From contig CAVWEE010000005.1 in the NCBI GenBank assembly GCA_963753895.1, positions 19,036 through 83,035 of the forward strand: 64,000 nucleotides of DNA, written 5' to 3'. A program made the position numbers and the translations under genes. This document shows positions 1 to 9,501 of the stretch, piece after piece; within the stretch, counting starts at the first letter, position 1, and each line of letters begins with the position of its first letter. This DNA is from an uncultured Chloroflexia bacterium. Its GTDB lineage: Bacteria > Chloroflexota > Anaerolineae > Anaerolineales > Anaerolineaceae. The notes beneath the pieces are model-generated. The model was given only the letters and a program-made list of their open reading frames with translations, was not told the DNA's origin and did no database searches.

Positions 1-215
1 AGGTTGTTGTGAATAGCGACGGTCAACCAGAGTGCGCTGCAGAAAATGAGCAACGATCACAATGAAAGCAATGGCTGCAATAATTGCTAACAGGGTGGTG
101 ATATATATTCATTTCCATATTTTTACCCTACAGGTATTTTATCTTTACTATAGACATTCGCCGATTTTCAGTTGTTCATCCACCTGGACTATTTATTCGG
201 TGAACATGCTATCGA

Positions 216-590
216 TTAAAACATTGTATTGTCATTTTTTGATGTCTCCGGTATCACCTGGAGAACGTCCCAATGCTCGACAACTTTGCCGCTATCATCC
301 AGCCGGAAGATATCGATACCGGCATAGTTTTGATCCCCGGGCCATTCCTGGAAGCAATGCAAAACAACAAGGTTCTCTTCAGCGATCGCGCGCTTGAAGT
401 GCACGCGTTTGCCGGGATATTCCTGCGCCATTTTGTCGAAGTAGGCAATGAAGGCTTCTTTGCCATCGCCGACTTCGGGATTGTGCTGAATATAAACATC
501 GCCGGCATATTTCTCGATGGCTTCGGCGGGCTTGCATTGATTAAACATCAGGTCATAAAAAGCCATTGCGTGTATTCTTGTTGCGTTCAA
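216..590 (-). CDS. SnoaL-like / NTF2-fold small protein, function unknown
   Basis: Intact 124-aa ORF. Size and sequence pattern ([17 protein letters not shown] ... VVEHWDVLQ) match the SnoaL_2/NTF2-like family as I remember it. No search run. Confidence 0.65.
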   Translation of the reverse strand: MNATRIHAMAFYDLMFNQCKPAEAIEKYAGDVYIQHNPEVGDGKEAFIAYFDKMAQEYPGKRVHFKRAIAEENLVVLHCFQEWPGDQNYAGIDIFRLDDSGKVVEHWDVLQVIPETSKNDNTMF

Positions 591-728
591 GTTGATCGTT
601 CATTTCTTGCGCTCCAATTCATTCAGATAATGAAAACACCTCTATCGTTTTACAGGCTACTTTTTCGAGGTGTCCCGGGCGATGCAATCTTACCAGTTCC
701 AGGGCTTCTGCGCCCACAGACCAGCGTT

Positions 729-1147
729 TCAGTCGACAAAACCAAATTTCGCATACAATGCAAGGGCAGGCAGGTTCTTTGCCGCCGTTTGCACAGTCAT
801 AGGATCAGCGCCGAAGTTCTCAATCAGCGTATGCAAAAGGATGCTTGCTATGCCTTCCCGCTGCCTAGCAGGGTGCACGACAAGTGAGGTAATGTTCTGC
901 GCTTCAGGGTCTTCATCCGGGCCAACGCTGATCACCCCGACCAGAGTCTTATCATCGAAAGGCTGCGAAATATTGCTCAGTGGAAATTTGAATATCGAGA
1001 ACTGTACGTTCCAGCGGCGGGAAATGCCTGGCCCCAAGCAAGCGGGCTTCCTGGGCGTACGCCGCCATGTGGACAGCATGGATAGCTGCCGCCATTGCGG
1101 GATCATGGTGGTCAACTGGCTTGACCTCAATCACTGTAAGGCTCCAT
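729..1147 (-). pseudogene. GNAT-family N-acetyltransferase, reading frame interrupted as sequenced
   Basis: The N-terminal half (LTVIEVKPVDHHDPAMAAAIHAVHMAAYAQEARLLG) is in the frame of ORF 952..1257. The acetyl-CoA-binding core (SLVVHPARQREGIASILLHTLIENFG ... ALALYAKFGF) is in ORF 729..1130. The ATG at 1147, preceded by an AAGGA RBS, lies in a third frame. That gives at least two frame breaks. Confidence 0.6.
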
Positions 1148-1241
1148 AGTTTTCCTTCGATGAAAGTCGTTAAATTTACAGCCTGCTTACTTGCAGCAGG
1201 TGAACCACATCGCCGCATCGGAGATATTGCCAATCTTTTCC

Positions 1242-1823
1242 TTACCCTCCCGGACATTTATCGGGGTACATGCCCATTTCCTCCATACATTCACCACAGG
1301 GCACAACCTCAGGACACACGTCGCGAATATCTTCGTATTTCTTGTTCTCTTCCTTGCACTGCTCACATTCCACACAGGGAGGGCAGTTCCTGATCCTGGT
1401 ATGGATCTCTTCGCGGCAGTCTTCACACACCTTACAGTCCGGGCAGAGCTGGTAGCGTTCTTCCTCGTCCTTGAAATTGTGCAGGTATTTGTTCTCACAT
1501 TCGCGGCAGGTGGTATTGCACTGCGGGCAGGATGCCAGCCAATCGTACTGCGCCTGACATTCCTGACACGGACCGTAACATACGGGACATTCATTCGTGT
1601 AGTCGTTGTAGGAGCTCTCGCACTCACGGTATGCTGCGCAGTCGGGGCAAATGTCGGGGTGGAAGAGGTCCACCGGCCAGGCTGTGCCGCCGGCTGCCTC
1701 ACATTCTGCAAAGGTGACCCACTGCGCCTGCTCGCGGAAATGCAGGAAAGCGAAAACCGCGGCCACGATCAAAACCGCTGCACCCAAAATGATGAGGAAA
1801 CGTTTTTTGTTCATATCTTCCAT
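1242..1823 (-). CDS. Membrane-anchored, acidic, cysteine-rich (24 Cys) CxxC-repeat protein, no family recognised
   Basis: ORF 1242..1850; I place the start at ATG 1823 (GGGGGA just upstream). An N-terminal KKR plus ~19-residue hydrophobic helix is followed by clustered CxxC units (CPVCYGPCQEC, CPQCNTTCREC, CPDCKVCEDC, CPPCVECEQC). It lies directly downstream of darA on the same strand. The longer antisense ORF 1191..1952 runs into darA and is discounted. Confidence 0.65.
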   Translation of the reverse strand: MEDMNKKRFLIILGAAVLIVAAVFAFLHFREQAQWVTFAECEAAGGTAWPVDLFHPDICPDCAAYRECESSYNDYTNECPVCYGPCQECQAQYDWLASCPQCNTTCRECENKYLHNFKDEEERYQLCPDCKVCEDCREEIHTRIRNCPPCVECEQCKEENKKYEDIRDVCPEVVPCGECMEEMGMYPDKCPGG

Positions 1824-1855
1824 CCCTATCCCCCGTCTGATTACTTGCAATCGTT

Positions 1856-2149
1856 TTATAGCTTTATGATCTGTTCCATGTTCTGCACAAAGACGACTGC
1901 TCTGCTTACCTGTGTTTCGACCAATAATCGGGAGGATGGAGGTTGGACGTGAACCTCGGCATGCGCCCGGATGATCTTCAACATTCTGTCCAGGTCATCA
2001 TCCTCAATTGCGCTGATGAAAACCGTATTGCCCATGCGCAAGAAACCACCGGTACTTGCCAGACGCGTGATATAAAAACCATTCGAAACCAAAGCCTCTG
2101 AGACTTTGTTCGCGTTGTCATTGCGAACGATGACATGAATGAGCTTCAT
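1856..2149 (-). CDS. darA: PII-like cyclic-di-AMP receptor protein (DarA/PstA, YaaQ/DUF970 family)
   Basis: Intact 97-aa ORF. MKLIHVIV ... ITRLASTGGFLRMGNTVF matches the DarA/YaaQ family, including the STGGF loop. Recognised from memory of B. subtilis YaaQ-type sequences. Confidence 0.8.
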   Translation of the reverse strand: MKLIHVIVRNDNANKVSEALVSNGFYITRLASTGGFLRMGNTVFISAIEDDDLDRMLKIIRAHAEVHVQPPSSRLLVETQVSRAVVFVQNMEQIIKL

Positions 2150-2164
2150 TGTTGAACCTCCTGT

Positions 2165-3154
2165 TTATAATGTAGATGAGATTTGGGCAGGAACGATTTC
2201 CAGGGTCACTTCACTTCTAAATCCAGTGCGTTCATATACGAAAGCGGTGATGGACCGGGCCAAATCATTGGGGGGTGTTTCAAGAGCCTGATACCGCACT
2301 TTGGCCTGGATTGTTGCGATATCGTCACCCAGCAGGGTGACGTTGATTGTATATTCTCCCAGCCAGTTGATTGGTGAGTCAATCAGGGCAAACTCCACAG
2401 CCTGACGGATCTTCTTTTCCATGACAAGATGTTTGTATCGTATCCCCCGAAAAGCCAGCATGAACATGCTGCCGAACAGATCAAGCCCGAGAACGTTAAC
2501 GATCATCAACAGAAAGGCGTTATAGCTGATGTTGGGTTGTCCAAAAGCCAGGCCGATGCCGATAACGGAGGCGGGAGGGATGAGAGAAATCGCAATTTCG
2601 ACGCCAATGACTGCGTCTACTACCTGCCCCCATGGCGTTTCTACTATTTTGGGATCGGCTGTCAGCGATAGGGATGCGGCTACACCTGCCGATATGGCAA
2701 CGATAATACTGAGCACCACCTCTCGCATGGTGGGCATGGCCCGCAGCAGGATTTCGGGGGTGATCTCAATACCGGGCACGCTGGCTAGCAATAGCGCAGT
2801 AAGGGCATAGGCAACTCCTCCGCCAATGATCACCAGGCCCAAGAGCTGTTTTGCCAGTCCACCAAGCATAACCTTACGGTTATGAAAAAGACCGCCGATA
2901 CATACTGCCCTTGAAGCACCAAGGAAGGGCGCCACGCACATCGAACCAATCACGATGGCCGGGCTGTTCAGCAGCAATCCTCCGGTGGCTAAAAATGCTG
3001 AAACGACAACCATCAAGATGTATCCAAAGGTGATTTCAGCCCCCGCTTTGGCGCGCCGCTCCAGATTGGTGTAGTAGTCTCGTACGCCCCACACACTAAA
3101 CCAGTTCTGGTTTAACGTCCACCGCATTTCAAAGAACGTGTTTTTTCTGGGCAT
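2165..3154 (-). CDS. DUF389-family polytopic membrane protein (TIGR00341/TIGR00271-like hydrophobic domain)
   Basis: Intact 329-aa ORF. Contains NSPAIVIGSMCVAPFLG and several Gly/Ala-rich helices, with a ~90-aa soluble C-terminal domain. It ends 15 nt upstream of darA, so it is likely in the same operon. Confidence 0.7.
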   Translation of the reverse strand: MPRKNTFFEMRWTLNQNWFSVWGVRDYYTNLERRAKAGAEITFGYILMVVVSAFLATGGLLLNSPAIVIGSMCVAPFLGASRAVCIGGLFHNRKVMLGGLAKQLLGLVIIGGGVAYALTALLLASVPGIEITPEILLRAMPTMREVVLSIIVAISAGVAASLSLTADPKIVETPWGQVVDAVIGVEIAISLIPPASVIGIGLAFGQPNISYNAFLLMIVNVLGLDLFGSMFMLAFRGIRYKHLVMEKKIRQAVEFALIDSPINWLGEYTINVTLLGDDIATIQAKVRYQALETPPNDLARSITAFVYERTGFRSEVTLEIVPAQISSTL

Positions 3155-3591
3155 CGCAGGCCCCTTTCCTTAGATATATTGTTAGTAGAAAGCCAGCCAG
3201 CGTCATCGTTTGAGACAAATCATGTACTACGATTGAATTTGTCCTACTACCTCTGTATTGGAAAGATGTCTTTTGAGGTGGTAATTTCTCCAGTGAAATT
3301 ATTTTGAATGATAATCAGTATGTTGAGTTGTTGTAATCAAAATGATGTAGAGCGTTTGATTATGATTATTGTATGAAAAACAGGGTTGCGAGTCAACAAA
3401 TTCAGAAGGTCAATAGTCTGTCAAATCTTGAAGCTGTTCAGATATTTTGATCGTTTTGGCATGGCCAGAGTACTATGAACCAATTTGTGCACGGATACCA
3501 GATCCTGACATTCCTGGCAGGGGACGCAGCTCTTGCGTATAGTAGTTGAAAAAGCTAGGGGAGGGCTGCTTGCCGAATATTTCCGCAGTTT

Positions 3592-4862
3592 TTAGTTGAC
3601 CGGCCGTCGCACTCCTCTGGTATCGGGATCCATTTGTTCTGGCTTTCCCAGGTTCAGGATGGCCGGATTCGCAAAGCCGACACCACCGATGATGATTGCC
3701 AAGAGACCGCCCCATCGATACCAGATCAGCGGCCCTAGAGTGTCAAATACCGGCCCAGCGATCCCCAGGCTGAGGGGAGAAATGAGTGTCGATGCGCTGT
3801 TCATGATCGTGAACACTCGCCCCTGCATGGATGGGGGGACTGTACTTTGTACCAGGGCCTGGATCGGCCCCGTGCACAGGGGCATCATGAAGCCCGCCAA
3901 GAAGATACCGCCCGCTCCAAGTGATAATGCTGTCTGCGGTGAAAGCCCCACAATCAGGATTGCAAAGCCTGCCCCCACAATGCCGGTCAATGAAGTCTGC
4001 ATCTTGCGATCGAAGCCGCCCCAGATACTCAGGACAAGTCCGCCAGCTACGAAGCCAGCTCCCAGAGCGGCGCCCATCCAGCCAAAGGCAATTTCATCGC
4101 CGCCAAAATGACCGACAACCAGTACGGCAATCAACTGAAAGGAAGGGCGCATGATGAAGTTGATCAAAGTGGATATGCTGAGCATCCCGACTGCTCCGCG
4201 CCAGTTCTTGATATATTGGAGTCCTTTTACAATATCTTTCCATACAGAACTTGCGCTCTCAGATGACGTGTCAACTTGCGGCTGCGGAATGGATATAAAT
4301 AACAGCGGGAAAACCGCCAGCAATGCTCCGGCGATGTCAAGCGCGACAATAGTACCAACCGACATGACCCTAAACAGTAGTGCGCCCAGTGGGGGAACGG
4401 CGACCATCACAATGCCATTCATCATTTGATTCATGCCCGCAACGCGAGAGAGGTGTTTATTCGGCACCATGAGGGATGTGGAGGCCAGCATGGCTGGCAT
4501 GTGAAAGGCGCCGCCGATGGCGCGAAGCAGGATGATTACATAGATTTGCCAGACCTGTACGTTGTCGGTTGCAAAGCTATAGGCCAGCCAGACCAGTGCC
4601 AGGGCAATCCCCATATCGGCAAATATCATCACCCTGCGCCGGTTCCAGCGGTCCACCAATGCTCCGCTTAACGGGCTGATGATCGCCTGGGGGAGGATGG
4701 CAAGCATGGTAGCGATCGACAAAACGGTTGCCGATTTGGTGCTTATCGATCAGCCACCACACCAGAGCAAACTGCACCAGCTCGCTGCTGATAAGTGACA
4801 AAGCCTGCCCTGTCCAGATGGTGAAAAAACGGGGCTGCCAATTTGCTCACTTCTTTCATCAT
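3592..4862 (-). pseudogene. MFS transporter (drug/siderophore-exporter-like), interrupted as sequenced
   Basis: The MFS sequence (LSGALVDRWNRRRVMIFADMG ...) is spread over three frames. It starts at ATGATG 4862 (GGAGAGG RBS). One break falls in or next to the A6 run at 4824..4829, leading into ORF 4577..4801. A second break near 4700 leads into ORF 3592..4722. The start is 19 nt after the marR stop. Confidence 0.75.
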
Positions 4863-4880
4863 ATGCTTATCCTCTCCGCC

Positions 4881-5330
4881 TTACTGCCAGTAAAACCCCA
4901 GACTGTGGGAAGTTTTCAGCAGCAGTTTGTGCAGCATGTGCTGTTCATCTTCAGAGAGGACGGAGAAAAATTTTTGCGAGTAGGAAACCGTGCCGGAGAT
5001 TGTCTGGCGGTAATGAGCCTGCCCTTCCTCGGTGAGATGCAGCAGCCAGTTGCGCCGGTCATTCTGGTCCTGCGATTTGTCCACCAGACCTTTTTCGACA
5101 AGCCTTTGAATGTATACCGAGATGGTGCCTGGGGTGATATCCATGATGCCAGCCAATTGGCGCGAATTCAGCGGTGCCAATTGGCCCAGGACCATCAGCA
5201 CTGCCCGGTCTGAAAGCAGCAAGCCGGTTTGCTGTAGTTTTTCATCTTTGAGCATAAGTGATTCGTAAGCGTTTGTCAGGCTGAACAATGCCTGATTGAT
5301 TTGTAGATATTCTTTGTCGGAAAGAGCCAT
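4881..5330 (-). CDS. MarR-family transcriptional regulator
   Basis: ORF 4881..5375; the likely start is ATG 5330 (AGGAG RBS). Winged-helix pattern LAGIMDITPGTISVYIQRLVEKGLVDKSQDQNDRR. It sits upstream of the MFS gene on the same strand. Confidence 0.85.
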   Translation of the reverse strand: MALSDKEYLQINQALFSLTNAYESLMLKDEKLQQTGLLLSDRAVLMVLGQLAPLNSRQLAGIMDITPGTISVYIQRLVEKGLVDKSQDQNDRRNWLLHLTEEGQAHYRQTISGTVSYSQKFFSVLSEDEQHMLHKLLLKTSHSLGFYWQ

Positions 5331-5362
5331 AATTGATCTCCTGAAAGGGGATATTGTTAATA

Positions 5363-5385
5363 GTTTGAATATCAAACAATTTGAT
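5363..5385. promoter_or_regulatory. Overlapping palindromes, candidate MarR operator
   Basis: GTTTGAATATCAAAC (5363..5377) overlaps ATCAAACAATTTGAT (5371..5385), ~35-55 nt upstream of the proposed marR start. Confidence 0.4.
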
Positions 5386-5571
5386 TATACAACTAAATGA
5401 TTAGCGTGTCAAGTCAATAATCAGGGATAGGGTGCAGGGAACAAATGAAATAAATAGCTAGTTCATATTCCCTGGTTGACGCATCCCTCCCCCCTGTTGT
5501 ATAGTTAAAGCAATTCGAAGAGAACCCTGTTGTGCAACAGGGTAATAAGTACAATAAAGGTAGAGTGCAGC

Positions 5572-7718
5572 ATGGCAGATACCCCGAAAATTCCGTTTGA
5601 TCCCGAAAATCTGGATAACCCCGTCAACTATATTAACCGTGAGATGGGCTTGCTCCAGTTTCAGTGGCGCGTGTTTGAAGAAGCCAAAGATGAGAGCAAT
5701 CCTCTGCTGGAGCGGGTGAAGTTCCTGGCTATCGTTGGCTCGAACATGGACGAGTTCTTCATGGTGCGCGTGGGCGGTCTCATTATCCAGCAGGTGACCG
5801 GGATGACAGACCTATCGGTGGATGGGCTCACCCCTGCAGAACAATTGGCTGACATCCGCAAGGCAGGCAGGGGATTTGATGGAAGAGGTGCGGGTATATT
5901 TTCATGAAGTGCTTGAACCTGCTTTGGACGAGGCTGGTATTCATATCCTCAATTATGATGAACTAGGTGAGAAACAAAGAGGTATCCGTCGATGCTTATT
6001 TCGATGAGGTGGTTTTCCCGGTGTTAACCCCGCTGGCCTTTGACCCCGGGCATCCTTTCCCCCATATTTCCAATCTGAGTCTTAACCTGGCGGTGCTGAT
6101 CAGCGACCGCGAGGGCGATTCACCATTTTGCGCGGGTTAAGGTGCCGGCTACCCTGCCGCATCTGGTGCCGATCAAGCGGTCTTCAGGCGGCGTGCGCAA
6201 GGATGGCACCGTGCCGCATAATCATTACTTCGTGTGGAACAGCCAGGTCATTATGGCTAATCTGGATGATCTCTTCCCCGGTATGGAGGTGATCGAAGCG
6301 CATCCTTTCCATGTTACCCGCAACGCCGACCTGGATATCCAGGAGCTGGAAGCGGTGGATTTGCTGGAGACGATGGAAGAGAACGTGCGCAAGCGCCGCT
6401 TTGGCCGCGTGGTGCGTTTGCTGGTCAACAAGAACATGCCCGATTACATCCGCGAGATCCTGGAAGAAAACCTGGAAATGGATCCCAAAGATGTGTATTT
6501 CATGGATACCCCGCTCAGCTTCAGCGATTTGATGCAGTTGGCGAAAGATAGACCGGTATGATCTGAAATACCGTCCCTTTGTGCCCGCTGTGCCGCCGCA
6601 GTTGCTCAAGGCATTGGAAGACCCTAAAATCACCATTTTCTCCCGCATTCGCAAGAATGATATTCTTCTGCATCATCCTTATGAATTCTTCACACCGGTG
6701 GTGGAGTTTTTGCGGGCTGCGGCGCGTGACCCCCAGGTGCTGGCGATCAAGCAAACCCTGTACCGGGTGGGCAAGAATTCCCCGGTTGTGCAGGCTTTGT
6801 TGGAAGCCCGCCGCGACTATGGCAAGCAGGTGGCGGTGCTGGTGGAGTTGAAAGCACGTTTTGATGAGGAGTCCAATATCGGCTGGGCCAGGATGCTGGA
6901 GCAGGAAGGCGTGCACGTCACTTATGGTCTGGTGGGCTTGAAGACTCACTGCAAGATCGCTCTGGTGGTACGCAAGGAAGGCGACCATATCCGCCGCTAT
7001 GTGCATCTCGGCACGGGCAATTACAACCACATCACCGCCCAGCTCTATGAAGATGTGGGCATGTTCACCTGCGATGCAGAAATTGGCGCAGATTGCACCG
7101 ATATGTTCAATTATCTGACGGGCTATTCGCTGAAAGAGGATTACCGCAAGCTGCTGGTGGCGCCGATCAACCTGCGCAGCGAGTTTGAAAACCTGATCCG
7201 GCATGAGATGGAGGTGCAGCAAAAAGGCGAACGCGGGCACATCATCTTCAAGATGAATTCGCTGGTGGATCCGCCCTTGATCAAATTGCTTTATCAGGCG
7301 TCACAGGTTGGTGTGAAGATTGATTTGCTCGTGCGCGGGATTTGCTCGCTGCGCCCGGGCATCAAGGGTATGAGTGAGAATATCCGCGTGGTGAGTGTGC
7401 TGGGGCGATTCCTGGAGCACAGCCGCATTTATTATTTCCGCAATGAGCGGCAAGCCGAAGATCTATCTGGGCAGCGCTGACTTGATGCCGCGCAATCTCA
7501 ACCGCCGCGTGGAGGTGCTCTTCCCTGTGGAGGACACCACGCTGACCCGCCGCATCCGCACCTATATTTTGAAGACGATGATGGAAGATAATGTGAAGGC
7601 GCGTGTCATGCTGCCGGATGGCGGCAGCCGGCATCTCAAGCCGCGGTCTGCGCGCACAGCCCGCAATGCGCAGGAGATTTTGATCAAGTCAGCAAATCAG
7701 CGCTCGAAGGAGGGGTAA
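5572..7718 (+). pseudogene. ppk: Polyphosphate kinase 1, five frame breaks as sequenced (probably sequence errors)
   Basis: A PPK1 sequence that is continuous at the protein level (MADTPKIPFDPENLDNPVNYINREMGLLQFQWRVFEEA ... HLGTGNYN ... [19 protein letters not shown]) is distributed over ORFs 5530..5907, 5822..6007, an unlisted frame at ~5985..6140, 6142..6561, 6581..7480 and 7395..7718. The first break sits at the GGGG run 5880..5883. Confidence 0.9.
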
Positions 7719-7721
7719 AAA

Positions 7722-7790
7722 CACCCCCTTCCACTGCGCGTTCCCCCAAAAACTCATTTTTAGGGGAAGCATATGGTGAATTTGTTGCGG
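7722..7790 (+). repeat. Hairpin repeat family, copy A (4 nt after the ppk stop)
   Basis: CACCCCC ... TTCCCCCAAAAA-ctca-TTTTTAGGGGAA ... GTGAATTTGTTG. It shares flanks and stem with the copies at 19629, 19863, 46601 and (divergent) 37384. Confidence 0.6.
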
Positions 7791-7988
7791 TGATGATTTA
7801 AGTGGAAAAATTCCTTTTACCTTACCTCGCTCAATACTTCATGGTTTAGCGGGGGATTTGTTATGAATTCCTCCAAAACTCATTTCCAAATATTGGCAAG
7901 AATGCGTTATAATATACTATATAAGATAATATTTATCGCATATGGTGATCTTGCTATAATGCTGTTTGTAAAACATCAAGGAGAAAAA

Positions 7989-9404
7989 ATGGAAAAATAT
8001 ACTGCGGTGATCATTGGCGGCGGGCCTTCGGGCCACAGCGCAGCCGTGCGCATTGCCCAGCTTGGCGGCCGGGTGGCGTTGGTGGAACGGGATTATATCG
8101 GCGGCATCTGCACCAACTGGGGCTGTACGCCCAGCAAGGCGATGATTGAGTCCGCGAAGATTGCCCGCGATGTGAAAGACAGCCATAAATATGGCATTGA
8201 CGTGTCGGACTTCCAGATCAATTTTGCCCGTGTGGCTGCCCGCCGCAATCAGGTGGTGTTGAACACCCGCCAGGCAGTCACTGACCTGCTGCTGCATCAC
8301 AAGATTGACCTTTTCCAGGGCGAGGCGCAGATGGTTGCCCCCGGCAAGGTGCGCGTGTTGAATGGCAAGCTGGATGATGAAGGCGAGACGATGCATTACA
8401 GCGGGGGAGAAGAAATGCTGGAAACGGAGAACATCATCATCGCTACTGGCTCCAAACCGCTTATTCCCGGCTTTGTGGACAAGAATGATCCGTCCGTTGT
8501 CAGCAGCAATCGCCTGATCACGATTGATGAGCGCCCCGAGAAGCTGACCATTGTCGGCGGCGGGGTGATTGGTCTTGAGTTTGCGACCATTTTCTCCAAC
8601 CTGGGCAGTCAGGTGACTGTGGTGGAATTCCTCGATCGCGTGCTGGCCGGTATGGATGAAGACGTGTCTGCCGAGATCACCCGATTGATGGAAGCCAATG
8701 GTGTGCGCATCCTGACTTCACACAAGGTGCAGTCGGTCAAAGATGGCGTGCTCACTGCGGAAAACCAGAAGACCGGTGAAGAAGTGAAGATTGATTGCAG
8801 CATGACCCTGGTTGCTATCGGACGCGTGGCTGTTGTGCACGAAGAAACGTATGACGCGCTGGGCATTGAATATACCCGCCGCGGCGTGGATGTCAATGAC
8901 TATCAGCAGACCAACGTGCCCGGCATCTGGGCGATTGGCGACGCTACCGGCAAATCCATTCTGGCCCATGTGGGTATCCAGCAGGGGATTGTGGCTGCCG
9001 AGAATATCATGGCGAAGGCCGGACAACCGCTGCGTGAAATGGATTATGAAGTTATCCCGGCAGTCATTTACAGTCTGCCCGAAATTGTGGGCGTGGGGAC
9101 TGTGCCGGAAAATCTGGATGGTGTCCAGGTGGTCAAGGTGCCTTTTGCTGCGAATTTGCGCGCCGGGATCGAAGATTTCACCGACGGCTTCATCAAGTTG
9201 TGGATCAGAGACGACCGTGTGGTGGCTGCACAGGCGATCGGGCATGGTGTTTCCGAGATCATGCAGGAGCTTGCCAATATGATCGCGCTCAAAACGGATA
9301 TTCATGATGTGGCCGAAATCATCCATGCCCATCCGACTTACGCCGAAATCATTCGTTCGGCGCTGGAATATTCGCTGGGCAAAGCGGTGGATTTCTATAT
9401 CTAG
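7989..9404 (+). CDS. lpdA: Dihydrolipoyl (dihydrolipoamide) dehydrogenase
   Basis: ORF 7863..9404; the start is likely ATG 7989 (AAGGAGAAAAA RBS). Shows the FAD motif VIIGGGPSGHSAA, the redox disulfide GGICTNWGCTPSK, an NAD motif and a C-terminal HAHPTYAE interface motif. Confidence 0.9.
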   Translation: MEKYTAVIIGGGPSGHSAAVRIAQLGGRVALVERDYIGGICTNWGCTPSKAMIESAKIARDVKDSHKYGIDVSDFQINFARVAARRNQVVLNTRQAVTDLLLHHKIDLFQGEAQMVAPGKVRVLNGKLDDEGETMHYSGGEEMLETENIIIATGSKPLIPGFVDKNDPSVVSSNRLITIDERPEKLTIVGGGVIGLEFATIFSNLGSQVTVVEFLDRVLAGMDEDVSAEITRLMEANGVRILTSHKVQSVKDGVLTAENQKTGEEVKIDCSMTLVAIGRVAVVHEETYDALGIEYTRRGVDVNDYQQTNVPGIWAIGDATGKSILAHVGIQQGIVAAENIMAKAGQPLREMDYEVIPAVIYSLPEIVGVGTVPENLDGVQVVKVPFAANLRAGIEDFTDGFIKLWIRDDRVVAAQAIGHGVSEIMQELANMIALKTDIHDVAEIIHAHPTYAEIIRSALEYSLGKAVDFYI

Positions 9405-9501
9405 AATAATCTTACGCAATTTCAGCAGGCTTCTTTCAGACGGAAGAAGCCTGTTTGCTTTATAATGAGGAACATCAGGTGAAAACAGGAGGACAGGATC
9501 A

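Noticed and set aside
1-118. Possible 5' end of a minus-strand membrane-protein gene running off the left edge (…ITTLLAIIAAIAFIVIVAHFLQRTLVDRRYSQQ…).
   Set aside because: No in-frame start codon exists. The nearby ATGs at ~112-118 are out of frame unless an indel in the ATATATAT run is assumed. The fragment is too short and too uncertain to annotate.
1191-1952. 253-aa plus-strand ORF, longer than the Cys-rich ORF it overlaps.
   Set aside because: It also overlaps darA in antisense and has no motifs. The minus-strand ORF has a signal-anchor, a regular CxxC architecture, an RBS and operon context.
3155-3591. c-di-AMP (ydaO-type) riboswitch in the leader of the DUF389-darA operon.
   Set aside because: The minus strand of the gap is AT-rich and lacks the paired ACGGGG/CCCA-type conserved segments. 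The only GGGGA/CCGAA-like strings are on the wrong strand, next to the MFS stop.
5880-5883. Programmed ribosomal frameshifting as an explanation for the split genes (ppk, glnS, the kinase and others).
   Set aside because: There are no slippery heptamer plus structure signals. The breaks occur in many unrelated genes, several times per gene and in both directions, and often at plain homopolymers. Indel error or decay is far more parsimonious.
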